A stretch of DNA of 64,000 nt, from IMG/VR virus record IMGVR_UViG_3300044732_001099, positions 22,967-86,966 of that record; one strand, written 5' to 3'. The position numbers and the translations under genes were made by a program. The DNA comes from a virus. Position 1 is the stretch's first letter. Each line of letters opens with the position of its first letter. Shown one piece after another: positions 1 through 12,500 of this stretch. The notes beneath the pieces were generated by a model. The model was given only the letters and a program-made list of their open reading frames with translations, ran no database searches and was not told the origin of the DNA.

Positions 1-2
1 CC

Positions 3-1364
3 TGTGCAAAATGTGGATGTGATATGGATTCTAAAAAAGAAAAGTATGAGGAAGATGATGATATGAAATCTGGTGGTCGCGCTTGTATGAAATGTGGTGG
101 TAAGATGCATAAGTCTGGTGGCACTATAAGCTCCTGCATGAAGTGCGGTGGTGGGAAATACACGTTTGGCGGTAAAACCGGATGGATGTCAAAAAAAAAA
201 AATGATGTAAGAAAATATCAAGCTGGAGGTCTGGCATCTACATCTGCTGATAAAGAAATAGCATTAAGTAGTGGTGCGTTTAATGTAGCAGAACCTACTT
301 ATGACGCAAGCGTTATTTCCAATGAAAAACCTATGCAGATTACTGACAATGCAATGCAAGGAACAAATCAGTTAAATTACAAAGAAGCCGTACAATCCTT
401 TAGAAAAAAAGAAGTTGATAAAACATTGCCAAATTTTGGATATGCAAAACAAGAACAAATAAAGTTAAATGAGTTGATAAGAAAAGACATATCTACTGGT
501 AATGCAAAAATGGATTTGCTTAGTGAAGATGATATTATTGGAGAAAAAACTCTTGGTGCTATGCGTGCATACGAAGCAAGTGGTCAATACACAAGACCAG
601 AGGGTTTTAAAGATAAATGGCTAGCCGAGTACAAAAAGCAATGGGATGAAATGCAGGCAACAGGCAAGTCTCCAAAAGGACCTGCCCCAAAAGCTACTGT
701 AGAGCAACCAAAAAAAGAAGAAAAGAGGGAAAAAACTCTTGTTGATAGCATTTATGATTATTTTAAACCACCTAAAAAACAACAAGCAGTTAAAGAAACT
801 CCTAAAAAATCTCCAAGACTTGTAAATGAACTAGGGTATGAATACTACATTGATAAAAAGACAGGGTTTACAGTTGTAACTATTCCTGATGAAGATATAC
901 AACCAGATGAAAGCGAAAAATACACAGATGACTTTGTTAAAAAAGAAAAGAAATCTAAAAAAGGCTCTTTCTTTCCATCGGCATCTGATATGATGGGTGG
1001 ACTTCAAAGTTCTGTTGATTATGCTGGAAATGCATTAAGTAGTTTTATTGGTAATACTGCTGATTTTATAAAAAATAATCAAAACAAAACTACTGATAAT
1101 AAAAAATATTCAGTAAAATCTAGAGCTGCATCTGTGTCTGCTGAGAAAATATCTCAAAAAAAATCTGGAGTAACGGTATTGAGAAAATATGATTCATCTG
1201 GACCGTCTTATACAAAAAGTAAAATTGTTGTAAAAGACAATATTACAAACAAAACACACACTGTAACTATACCACAAATGTTTGATAAAGCTAAAGGAAA
1301 ATACCATACAATAGAAATAGCTGGCAAAAAACATAAAATATTTCTTGATCCAAATCTAAAATAA
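3..1364 (+). CDS. 5'-truncated virion/cargo protein with CxKCG repeats and a PG-binding-like motif
   Basis: Frame is open from base 3 (CAKCGCDMDS...), so the start lies upstream of the window; CAKCG plus CMKCGG x2; MKSGG and YQAGG motifs; LSEDDIIGEKTLGAMRAYE resembles a peptidoglycan-binding helix pair. Confidence 0.6.
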   Translation, partial: CAKCGCDMDSKKEKYEEDDDMKSGGRACMKCGGKMHKSGGTISSCMKCGGGKYTFGGKTGWMSKKKNDVRKYQAGGLASTSADKEIALSSGAFNVAEPTYDASVISNEKPMQITDNAMQGTNQLNYKEAVQSFRKKEVDKTLPNFGYAKQEQIKLNELIRKDISTGNAKMDLLSEDDIIGEKTLGAMRAYEASGQYTRPEGFKDKWLAEYKKQWDEMQATGKSPKGPAPKATVEQPKKEEKREKTLVDSIYDYFKPPKKQQAVKETPKKSPRLVNELGYEYYIDKKTGFTVVTIPDEDIQPDESEKYTDDFVKKEKKSKKGSFFPSASDMMGGLQSSVDYAGNALSSFIGNTADFIKNNQNKTTDNKKYSVKSRAASVSAEKISQKKSGVTVLRKYDSSGPSYTKSKIVVKDNITNKTHTVTIPQMFDKAKGKYHTIEIAGKKHKIFLDPNLK

Positions 1365-1368
1365 AACC

Positions 1369-3429
1369 ATGAAATACAATCCATATTTACAGGCACAGTC
1401 AGGTATTGAAGCTAAAGATGAAGGAACATTTCCACAATATCAATATTATCCATATCTATACGACAGTACATCAGTTGGATCATTTCCCAGAGCAGTACCA
1501 TGGAGTAATCCTATTGATAATAGAATGAATATGACTGATGAAAACTACATTCAAATGTTTGATGAAGGAAGTAAAAAAATAGTCCTAAACAGAGGAAAAA
1601 GTGAAATAGGAATAAATAACTACGATAGAATGTTTCCTGATAAATCATTTTACACAGATCCTACTTCTAGTCCACAAATACAACCAAGAGAATCAAATCA
1701 ACCTGTATTATTGCGCGATAGAATACAACCTATTGATTATTCTAAATTAGATGAAGAATATGACAATGCAGGAGCTCCAGTATCTTCAAGTACAACGCCA
1801 AATATACAACCATTACAAAACTTTAAAATAGAGGATGTAAGAAATCCTATACCAAACATACAGCCTCTACAAAACTTCAAAATAGAAGATGTAATGGGGA
1901 CAACTGTTCCTATACCAAATCCAGATTTAGTAAACCCTGAAACACTAGAGTACGATCCTTTTACAGGATTGCCAGTTAAAAAACAATTTGATCAAAATAT
2001 TTTACCTGATTTAGGTTTTGCAACAGATGAGCCACAAGTAAGTTTAGACATTTCACCATATAAAGACGATGTAGAATACATTAGAGCTCAAAGACAACAA
2101 GAACCTGAAATAAAAGATGATCCTGAATTTAGAAAAAAGTACAATGATGCTTTAAACTTTTTAGCTCCATCTATAAAACTAATGACCGGTATTAACCCAA
2201 ATAATAACAAAATTCGGTCAACAGGTTATAAGGTGCCAGTTCCAAAACCAGAAACAACTACAACAACTACAACAGAAACACAAGAGAAAAAAAACAAGTT
2301 TGGCGTACCAGAAGCATACTATCTAGGTAAGTCTATGCTTGACGCTACTGCACTTATTAGAAATATGGTGCAGCCACAGCCACCATCTTTGCAGATGAAA
2401 ATACCTCATTATGAAAGACAAAGATTAGACCCTACACCATACGATGCTATGCGTTCTCAGATGCGCGATCAAGGCACACAGGCATATAGATTACAAAGAG
2501 AAAACATATCGCAGGCAAGCGACCTTATGAAAGGTCTTTCTGCAGTAACATCAGGCACTCAACAAGGTCTTATGAATGTAGGTATGCAACAAGCTGGCGC
2601 CGAGCAGCAGATACAAGGTATCAATCAGCAGATATCTATGCAGGAGCAGCAGCAACAAACACAAATGCTAAACCAAGAGGCTGCTACTAACTACCAGATT
2701 CAACAACAAGCTCAACAATACAAAGACCAAATGGTATCTGCTCAGTTGCAAAGACTTGGTGATACTGCCGGTGCATACGCAAAATATGTAAACATGAAAG
2801 ATATTGCTAGCAAACAAGATACTGTAAATAAAGCTGCTATTCAATCTAATCTTGATATTCAAAATGCAATGCTTCAATATCAGATGCATAAAGATGCAAT
2901 GGATTCAGATGAATATAAATCTGCATGGGCCCAACACTGGACTAAAACACTAGATCAAATGTCTACAGATAAAATTAAAAATGAAAAATTTGGAGCACTA
3001 AAAGAATACTATGGTGAAATGTCGCCAAGGTATAGTGACTATCAAAGAATAGCAATGGACCCTACATTTACTAAATCCTACTATCAAAATAAAAATAATT
3101 ATGAAAACTTTCAAAGATTATATCCTGGCGGCGTAGCACCTGATAAAACAAAATATGCTAATGATGATGATTACAATAAAGCAGTTGCAGAGTACCAAAA
3201 AGCAGAAGCAAGCAGCAAGGCATTTACTGAAGATAAATCATACAAACAGTTCGAAGAGATGCAACAATTTTGGACTGAAATAGGAAATGAACGTAACGAA
3301 TCTGGTGAACGAAAAAAGTTTGCAGACCAGTACATGCAGCAAAGGGGTTATTACACTACAGAACAACTATTAGAAACGGTGAAAGAGGCATTAGACCGAA
3401 GTAAGCAGTCTTTAGAATTTGGCGGATAG
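1369..3429 (+). CDS. Putative virion cargo/ejection protein (Q-rich coiled coil)
   Basis: 686-aa ORF; Pro-rich N-half, Q/A/M-rich helical C-half; lies just upstream of the vRNAP cluster. Confidence 0.6.
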   Translation: MKYNPYLQAQSGIEAKDEGTFPQYQYYPYLYDSTSVGSFPRAVPWSNPIDNRMNMTDENYIQMFDEGSKKIVLNRGKSEIGINNYDRMFPDKSFYTDPTSSPQIQPRESNQPVLLRDRIQPIDYSKLDEEYDNAGAPVSSSTTPNIQPLQNFKIEDVRNPIPNIQPLQNFKIEDVMGTTVPIPNPDLVNPETLEYDPFTGLPVKKQFDQNILPDLGFATDEPQVSLDISPYKDDVEYIRAQRQQEPEIKDDPEFRKKYNDALNFLAPSIKLMTGINPNNNKIRSTGYKVPVPKPETTTTTTTETQEKKNKFGVPEAYYLGKSMLDATALIRNMVQPQPPSLQMKIPHYERQRLDPTPYDAMRSQMRDQGTQAYRLQRENISQASDLMKGLSAVTSGTQQGLMNVGMQQAGAEQQIQGINQQISMQEQQQQTQMLNQEAATNYQIQQQAQQYKDQMVSAQLQRLGDTAGAYAKYVNMKDIASKQDTVNKAAIQSNLDIQNAMLQYQMHKDAMDSDEYKSAWAQHWTKTLDQMSTDKIKNEKFGALKEYYGEMSPRYSDYQRIAMDPTFTKSYYQNKNNYENFQRLYPGGVAPDKTKYANDDDYNKAVAEYQKAEASSKAFTEDKSYKQFEEMQQFWTEIGNERNESGERKKFADQYMQQRGYYTTEQLLETVKEALDRSKQSLEFGG
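1798..1893 (+). repeat. Intragenic 42-bp direct repeat encoding PNIQPLQNFKIEDV twice
   Basis: Copies at 1798-1839 and 1852-1893; six nucleotide differences, all synonymous. Confidence 0.9.
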
Positions 3430-3468
3430 AAATATTCAAAAATATTTTTTTATTAACAATGGCTTGTT

Positions 3469-3476
3469 TATCTTTG
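3469..3476 (+). promoter_or_regulatory. Bacteroidota-type -7 promoter element TATCTTTG
   Basis: Matches TAnnTTTG; intergenic, about 30 nt before ATG 3504; no clear -33 element. Confidence 0.45.
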
Positions 3477-3503
3477 AATGATCAAGCCTTTATATTTATA
3501 ACT

Positions 3504-6500
3504 ATGACATTTCCATCTTTTGTAACAACAGGCGGCACAGTCGACATTCCAACAGTACCTTTAGAAAGAAAGGCGCTTGATTTAACTCCTCTTATACAGC
3601 AGTTAATGATGAATAAAAAAGCATCATCAACCGGAACAACTGCTAAAGGAGATGAAAAAGATCCTGACATTAAAGGAACAACTGGACAAACAGAACAATG
3701 GTATGATAACTATACAAAAAATCAACAAGAAATAAAAAATCTTGTAAATTGGTTTGGCACTGACGTTGTTACTTCACAGCCTGAATACCGTAGATTGATT
3801 AATGAACAAAATGAAATTACTAATCCAGCTGTTAAGCAAAGGCTTGAAAATAATAAACAAAGACTTGATGCATATGATGCACTTGTAAAAGAAAAAGGAG
3901 CATCTGGCATGATAAATATGGATGCACTTTCTAGATACGGCATAGGTATGGCTCATTCTGATTGGTCATATTTTATGCAACGTGGACAAACACCTGAAGG
4001 TTTAAAAGTAACTAGGCCTGGTGAGTTTGCTTGGATGGAAGATTTTTCATTTACTTCAGATATAGCAACATTTGACGATGCCTTAAAAGCATTAAATGAA
4101 AGATATGCTGGATTAGGAACAAGTGAGTTTTCAACTGGTGGTGGTTCTGATCAAATATATCAAGATTTAAAAGATGATTGGACTTTTTTAGTATCTGAAC
4201 ATAATAATTCAGTAACTACTAAAAAAAGTAATAATAATATTTATGGAGAAAATCCTAGACAAATAGGACAATTAGAAGCAGTAAAACAACAAGCTTTGCA
4301 AAGTGCTTTTAGTGGTAGTTTTGGAAAAGGTATGGAAGGTGATGATATGGCAAATGGTTTAGCTGGTAAGTTTTTATCATTAACAGCAGAAACTGTTCCT
4401 GCAAGTAAAGTTGGTCTTCCCGGAAATAAAAGTGTAAAAGCAATATTTCAATCAAAAGCTTATAATGATGTATTTACAGATGGTCAACCAAATCAAGGTG
4501 ATTATTTAGATGCAAAAGGTAACGTAAAAGAAGCAGAATACAAAAAAGCTGTAGAAGACTGGAATACAAAAAATCAAGAAGCTGGCAAAAATTACTACAA
4601 AACACATGATGGATATTATTTTAAAGCAGGAACAAAAGATGAAAATGGAAATGACATTGGTGGTACATTAGACCAAGATGCTTTACTAGGAGATTATCAA
4701 AGATTTATATATGATATAGTAGATGCTGAAACTAATAAAAGATTAACTACTGTTGATAGTTTTAAATCCGATCAAACTAAAACTATTACAGCTACTGAAA
4801 CTTGGCAACAAATGGCTAATGATGCAAAAGCCGCAGAAGCAGCAGTGCTAGCAGCAAACCAAGAAGATTTCTCTGTGGCAGTAGCTAATAATATTGGTAT
4901 AGAAGAAGATCAATTTAAAAAACTTTTAGGTGGCGACTTAGGAGATTATAGTATTGTTAGTGAACTTGCTGATTTTTTTACAGGAAAACAATCATGGAGC
5001 GAGTTAGTATCAGATTATAAAAATGAATCTACTCGATACACATCAGATGATGATTTAAATGAAATGACATATTCAAGCGTTTCACCGTTTATATTAAATA
5101 AAGATGAAAATGGCAAAACTACATATTTACCAAATCCTGACTTTAGTGGTGATAAAATAAATATATATAAAGCTGCAATGAAAAAACATGCAATAGAAGA
5201 ACAAAACATGTCTGAAGATGAAGCTGAAGCATATGCAGAAGAAAAAACAAAAAAAGCAAAAAACGCACATAAAACATTAAATGATAATTATTTAACGTAT
5301 GGCATACAAGGTATGACATCTTTTGATGGAACAAAAGCAACAGTTGTATATCAAGATGAAGATTTATTAAAATTAATCAATGCTTCATGGTTTGATGACA
5401 TTGGAGGAAATAAAATAGGCAAAACAGCAAGTCAACTATTTAATAATCAACTTGCACAAGTAGGAACTACTGTAGTTAATGGAGGACAGTTATTTGGCGG
5501 TGTATTTAGATTTGAAAGTATAGATGAAGAACATTCATTTGTAAATCTTGGCATAGCGTCTAATGCAGGAGCTAAAGCGAAGTATAAAATGACAATAAAT
5601 GGTAAAGAATATAAACAAGGTGCATTTATTCCTTTATCAGTAGTAGATCAAATGAATGCAGAACAATTAAAAGACTTTAATAGTAAAGTTGATTATGGTA
5701 CAAATGGATATTGGAATATTCAAAATGGTATGGCTACAACTAATGGAAATCCTGATAAAACTAAAAGAGTTGCAGGAATGGGTAAAAATTCTGAAAAAGT
5801 ATTATTTGAATTAAATTCTACAGGTGGCGCAAATGCAATAGCTGAAAGTGGTACTTCTATTACATCCAATGTAAATCTTATAGGAAAAAAAGCAGATATA
5901 ATTGCTTACTGGACTACTAATGGAACTACTCTTACAAGACAAATGCCAGCATACGCACAAGATGATACAAAAAAAGTGTTTTGGGATGAAGCTGAAAAAC
6001 TTGATAGAAAATATGCAATATATGGAGATGATAGACCAAATGCTCCAAAAGAAAAAATAGAACTTGCAAGAAAAAATGTAAATGAATTAGCAAAAGCGGC
6101 CAAAATACAAATAGGTTCAAATGCCTATAAAGAATTAGAAAAAACTTTGTATACAACAGATTATATTGAAAGAAAAAATATAATAGCAAAATCATTAGCA
6201 ATAAGAAATAATGTTCAAGGTACTGCAAACTGGGACAAATCTCCAAAACTTGTAAATGAAACAATAGTTGGGATAGATGGTAAAGTAAAAGACTGGGCAA
6301 AGTCTCAACTATATTTACAAGAAGAAAAAAATAGTAAAGGAGAGGAATTATATAGAGTTACTACTGCAGTAGAAGTACAAGCACAAATGGCAGCTGCTAA
6401 TGCAGAAAAAACAAAACAAAAGATTATTACACATCATAATAATCGTTTTAAATCAGCGTCACCACCAGATAAGTATTCAACAAATAAAGCAAAAGCTAAT

Positions 6501-6515
6501 CCAAAAACTGAATAA
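3504..6515 (+). CDS. Large putative virion cargo protein (about 1003 aa)
   Basis: ORF track starts at 3459; ATG 3504 follows an AT-rich leader and the promoter-like element; directly upstream of the giant RNAP gene. Confidence 0.6.
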   Translation: MTFPSFVTTGGTVDIPTVPLERKALDLTPLIQQLMMNKKASSTGTTAKGDEKDPDIKGTTGQTEQWYDNYTKNQQEIKNLVNWFGTDVVTSQPEYRRLINEQNEITNPAVKQRLENNKQRLDAYDALVKEKGASGMINMDALSRYGIGMAHSDWSYFMQRGQTPEGLKVTRPGEFAWMEDFSFTSDIATFDDALKALNERYAGLGTSEFSTGGGSDQIYQDLKDDWTFLVSEHNNSVTTKKSNNNIYGENPRQIGQLEAVKQQALQSAFSGSFGKGMEGDDMANGLAGKFLSLTAETVPASKVGLPGNKSVKAIFQSKAYNDVFTDGQPNQGDYLDAKGNVKEAEYKKAVEDWNTKNQEAGKNYYKTHDGYYFKAGTKDENGNDIGGTLDQDALLGDYQRFIYDIVDAETNKRLTTVDSFKSDQTKTITATETWQQMANDAKAAEAAVLAANQEDFSVAVANNIGIEEDQFKKLLGGDLGDYSIVSELADFFTGKQSWSELVSDYKNESTRYTSDDDLNEMTYSSVSPFILNKDENGKTTYLPNPDFSGDKINIYKAAMKKHAIEEQNMSEDEAEAYAEEKTKKAKNAHKTLNDNYLTYGIQGMTSFDGTKATVVYQDEDLLKLINASWFDDIGGNKIGKTASQLFNNQLAQVGTTVVNGGQLFGGVFRFESIDEEHSFVNLGIASNAGAKAKYKMTINGKEYKQGAFIPLSVVDQMNAEQLKDFNSKVDYGTNGYWNIQNGMATTNGNPDKTKRVAGMGKNSEKVLFELNSTGGANAIAESGTSITSNVNLIGKKADIIAYWTTNGTTLTRQMPAYAQDDTKKVFWDEAEKLDRKYAIYGDDRPNAPKEKIELARKNVNELAKAAKIQIGSNAYKELEKTLYTTDYIERKNIIAKSLAIRNNVQGTANWDKSPKLVNETIVGIDGKVKDWAKSQLYLQEEKNSKGEELYRVTTAVEVQAQMAAANAEKTKQKIITHHNNRFKSASPPDKYSTNKAKANPKTE

Positions 6516-6517
6516 AT

Positions 6518-9500
6518 ATGGCAGGCCCAGATCCAAACAATAATAACTTACCGGAACAAACAAACAACAATCCGGAACCGCAAAAACAACAATTTGTTGA
6601 CCCTATTACTCTTAAGCTTAACAACATAACAGAATATGAAGCTAAAGAGCTAGGTTGGACTGTTGTTCCTATGACTCTTGAAGATAGTTATAGAGTAAAT
6701 CAACCTTCTATTGGTAACATGAGTCCAATGCAATATCAAAAGTTGTATCGCACATATATGGAAGAAGATATGTATGAAGCAGCTTTGAGTAGAAGGTATG
6801 ACCAAAATAGAGATGCAAGTTATGATTTTTTGCAATCTATAAGAAGACCAGCAGAATCTAAGCCTGGATTACCAATACAAGCACATCCTAAAGCATGGGG
6901 CATTAGTCCTGAAAATGCTTCAAAATATCAATATGTTGATTCTCAAAAAAGACTTTCTGAAATAGGATATGAATATGGTCTTCGTGGAACAAGAAGACAG
7001 GTTTTAAATAATGAACAGATAGCAGAATCAAGAAAAAAATATTTTGATCCAAAAGCCAATGGTGGATTAGGAGAGTTTAAAAGTATTGAAGCATACCAAA
7101 GATCTAATCACTTTGGATCTCCTTATAGATATGCCGAGGATGGTACTAAGAAAATGTTAGTAATGGATAATGCTAACAAAATGTGGGTTGAAGTTGATGA
7201 AGATGATGTTATTGCTGGCAACCAGTTAAGATCAACATGGGGTACAAAAGAAAAAGATTCTGGATTTTTTCAACACGTATCAGATAGTTTTTATAATGGT
7301 ACTGTAGACTTAACAACTAACATGTGGGGTAGCATGGTAGAAACAATGGGTACTATGGGTAAGTTTATGTCAGGTAGCGATGATGTAAACTCATGGCAAA
7401 AATGGGGTAGGTCTGTTCAAAATTATGGCAATGCACAAAAATCTAAGATATCTGAAGCTGCAGAAAACGAAGGTATGTTTGGCTCTTGGAGAGCAGGATT
7501 TGGTACAGTATCTAACATGCTTCCACAACTTGCCGCGCAAGCTGGTATTGGATTTTTAACTGGTGGTGCATCTGCATACGTACAAGCATTAGGTAAAGGT
7601 GGTCAGTTTGCCGCTAGAATGATGAATGGCGCTCCACATATGTTTGGTGCTATTTATGCTGCAAATGGTATGAATGAAGAGGGAAAGGCTGCAGGACTAT
7701 CTGATAATGATAGAATGTTTATGAATCTTCTTGCTGGAGGAACTGTGTTTGCGGCTGAAAAGTTTACATCAAAGTTTCTTGGTGCAACAGGTATAGCTGA
7801 TGGTTTTGCCAATAAAGCTAGTAGAGAGATTGTAGAGCAAAACATGGCTAAAGGAACTTCAGAAGTTATGAAAAAGTTTGCACCTACTATAATATCTAAA
7901 ACAGCTTCTGCTGCAGAAAAAGAAGCTGCTAAAGAAGCAGCGTCATCTACACTTGGAAGATACTATCTTAATGGATTAAAAACAGTTGTAGCAACAGGTA
8001 AACTTGGTAAAAATTTAGGTCAAAATCTATTAAATGGAACACAAAGGTTATTAAGTGCACCAATACGTTTTGGCTATACAACTACACCAAAAACCTTAAT
8101 GGGTAGAACTAGAGGCTTTGTTGCGTCTGCATGGGAAGAAGGATGGGAAGAAGAAATAGAAAAGCGCATGAACTATTGGTTTAAAGAGGCATATAATGCA
8201 GGAATGATTGGCATTGATGGTCCTGATAAGTATGCTACTCCTGGCAAGGGTATGTTTGACAACACGGTACATTCTAAACCTTATGATGAGTTTTTTGCTG
8301 GTGCTATTGGTGGTGGTATCATGGGTGCTATATTTGGCGGTAGAATGAAAAGAAATTTTTCTGACAAACATGCAATAGAATATGCACTACAATTTGGTGG
8401 TGATTTTGACAAGGCTTATGATGCATTAGTAAGTTGGAAAGAAAGAGTTGGATTTGATTCTAAGATAACAGATCCTAGTGATAACTTTTTGTCAATGTTT
8501 CCTGAGACAGAAAGAAAAGATATAAAAAGTAGAAATGATATAGCATTTGAAGCATTGGTTGAAGACGTTAGAGCTGCATCTCAAATAATAAAAACATTTA
8601 AACTTACTGACCCTGATAAAATATCTCGTATTGCTGGTGGTGATATGAGATTATTAACTGATACTGTAGATAATCTTGTAAATGCTAAAAAACTATCAAC
8701 TGAAATAGAAGGATTAAAAGTACAACTTCAAAACACAAAACCTGAAGATGTAAACTATAAAGAACTAGAAAGGCAAATACAAGAAAAAGAAGTAGATTTA
8801 AAACAAGTAAGTAAACTAGCCGATGATGTATTGTCCGGAAAAGCTATTGAAAACTATAGAGCCCAAACATTTGTCCGTGGTTTGTTAGTAAATAATGAAT
8901 ACAACAATCTATACAATAGTATAGAAAACGAAACAGATCCAGAAGTTAAAAGACAAAAAGCACAAAAAGCATTTGATGATTCTATTAATAATGCAGAAAC
9001 AAGGGACTTGTGGAAAGACCAGGAAAAAGCATTAAATCTTATCTATAATAGTAGAGAAATACTAGAACAGTTTAAGCAGTCAAAAGCTACAATAGAAGAA
9101 AGAACTAAGCAAAGTAATGATTTTGTAGGAGAGTTTGACTCTATTGATTTCAATAATCCTGACAGTATTATTGAAGTATTGCAAAAAGTTAATGGAAATC
9201 ATCTTCAAGAAATTGTAGGTAAAAAGATTGATGATATTAGCAAAAAAATCAATGACGAAAGAGAAAAAATACAAGTTGAACTTGATAATGATTTTAACTC
9301 AGTAAGAGAAAAGTTTGGGTTTGACGATGTCACGTTTGATGATTTATACAACAAAACTGGCAATGACGAAATAGATGCTGCTATCGATGAAGTACTTGGT
9401 AAAAAGAAAGATAAAGTAGAAAGATTTAGTTCTCTTAATGGTGTTGATAATGAAGTAAAAAATGCCAAAACATTACTTAAGAATAGAGGCGCAGTAAAAT

Positions 9501-12500
9501 ATGTTCCTGGTGGAGGAATAGATACAAGAACTGGAGAATGGAATAATGGTGATTATTTTACCCAACAAGCCAACCAAAGAAAATACAAAAAAGTCAACAA
9601 AGATGTTGAAACCGAAATAGATGAAAAGACATTTGTGTCAATGCAGGATGCTGCAAAAGCACAAGGCAAAGATTCTTTTGAATACAACGGAGAAATGTTT
9701 ATTGCCGAGGACTCTAATCAGATTAAAGTTGATGGTAAAAAAGCAGTTGACAGAAGTACACTAGTAGATGATTCTCAGTTATTTGACTTTTTAGAAATAG
9801 ATGACGTTAATGAACTATTCTTAAAAATGCCTACTGTTGGTGGGATGAATATAAGAGAAGAACTTAACAAAATTGCAAAAGAGTATGATGAGACAAAAGT
9901 TCTTACTGCTCAAATGAAAGAAAAGCTCAAAGAAATAAACAAAAACATAACAGACCAAGAGGAAATGTTATCTGTTTATAAATGGGCAAAAATGTTATCT
10001 GAAAATAAAATACTTTCTCCTGTACAGGAAGAGTATATGGATATGCAAACATTTAATGAAGTAAATCTACCTGCTTATATAAATAAACTAGCAGTAGATA
10101 GATCTTATTTTATGAATGTTGCTGTTAGTACACTTTCAAAAGATGACCGAGATAACAAACTTAATGAGTTAAAAGATAACGTCATTAAAATGCAGGCACA
10201 TGTTTATAATGAACTTGTTGCAGAGTTAAATGGTGATGATATTGTTGTTAATGGACAAACAGTAAAGTTTCCTGGTGAAATATCTTTGGATTCAAGCGAA
10301 ACAGAAGTAATGCAAGCATATCAGTGGATGCATTATTTTATTCAAAATCTTACACCAGATCAGAAAAATGAATTTAAAGGTGCATTTGATAAGTTTTGGA
10401 GCGCTAAAGTAGAAAGCAAAGACACTGTGCCTAGTGCACAAGAACAAGGTATGTTCCTTGAAGGATTTGATTTAATGCTTGATTTTGAAGCATTTAAAAA
10501 TGGATATACTACTAGCAAATATTATAACAAAAATAACTCTTATAGAGAACTATTTTATTATCATGCCATAAACATGATGATGAATGTAGACCCAATGATT
10601 GCATTTGGTGCTATAAGTAATGTTATTGATGCTGTAGATGCTAGTCAAAAGTTTGAACTTGATAAGTCAAAATATCCTGCAGGTGACCATACGGCAGAAC
10701 AGATTATGAACGTAATGATAGGTATTACTCACTTGTCAGAAAACATAAAAAGAAACGAAGCAAATCCAGATGTAGCATTTATAGAGTTACTAGATCATGT
10801 AAAAAGTACTATGAAAATAGGTGCAAGTAGAGAAGGCAGATCTAATAAAGCGAAAGGTTTATATGAAAGAGTAAAAAATTCTTCAACTGGAAAATATAAT
10901 ACAAATGGTAAACATATAAAAGACAATGTAATGTCATTTTTTGGTTACGGTGGTGTAGGAAAATCTACCTTTGTAATCAAAACATTATCTGAGATTGCAT
11001 TATCATTAGGTAAAAAGAACTTTGTTTTTATAGCGCCTAACATAGAGCAAAAAAATATACTTGAAAACACAGTAAAAAATATCTTCCCTAAAGGTGTTCA
11101 TGCTGAATTTTACCTTGTTAGTGATTTTGTAAAAAAACAAGATCAATACAAAGACTATGTAATATTTGCCGATGAGATATCATTGTACAGCGACGAAGAG
11201 AAAAACTCCATTGCATTTAACTATAGCAAAATAGGTGGTAAAAAAATATCTACCGTAGACAATGTAGGTTTTATTGATGAATCTAATACAGTATTTCTGC
11301 TTGGCGACACATTACAAGCACCTCCATCTGGTGAAATATATGACAATTCACCAAGAATAGAACAGTTCACTCAACATGGTTTTAATATTACTTCAGTAAA
11401 AAGAAGTAGCTTTATTGAAATCTATAAAATACAAACTGAGTTTAGGAGAAATGCTAAAAACAATGAACTAGGCCCTCCACAACTATTTGGTTATTCGTAC
11501 AGCGAAGATGATAATGTAAAAAAAGGTGTCAAGTTAAACAATGACAAGGATGGATTTTTAGCTGAATCAAAAGCTGCAGTTGAATCTGGTATAGGTTATA
11601 TTATTGTGCATTCTGAAAAGGAGTACAATGATATAATAAATGATATATCACCTGATAAGCACGACAGAGTATTTTTAATGACTCAGTTAAACAAATCTCC
11701 GCAAGGCAGAACATTGGTTGGTGAAGTTTATGTTTACATGCCATATAGCACAACTGACACAAAAAGCCAATATAACAATAATAAGTTGTACAACATGTAC
11801 ATGCTTACTGCTGTTAGCCGCGCGTCTCAGTTTGTATCTGTTTACACAGGCGATGGACTAGGCAACAAAAACTCTGTTAAAGTCAGTGAAGACAAAATAG
11901 AATCGTTTGATGATAGCGTTGAAGCAAAAGTTGAAAGAAAGCAACAACTTTGGAATAGAGTATCTGGTGTAGTAAAAGGACTTACTGCAGTAAAAGCCGT
12001 GCCGGCACCTGTAAAAAATACAAATAAGCCAAAAGCGCCAGTTGTTCAAACAGATGATTTAAATCAACAAGAAGAAGCACCTAAAGAAAATGCTGCAGCA
12101 AATAACACAAAAGGTAAAGGTGTAAAATCAAACTCTAATAGTCCAAAGAAAACAACACAGGTTAAAACTAATAATAGAAAACGTAAAACAACAAATAAAA
12201 ATAAAAAGCAATACGAAGAACAACAAGAGACACCCGAAGAAGAAACAAACGAACCGGTAACCGCATACGAGCAAAACGTAAGCAACCAGGGAGACATGCC
12301 AGAAGACGAACTTAATAACTTAGATGGCAATCAAGATACAGATACAGACCATTCTAATATAGAATCATCTATTGATAACGGTGAGTTTGGATTGACACTT
12401 AAAACAGGCGAAAACAATGTAAATCTAGTCACAACTTTTGTTAACGGCAATCCATTTGTGGTTGTTGTCGGTGGTACTTATAGAGATAAAAATGGGAAAA

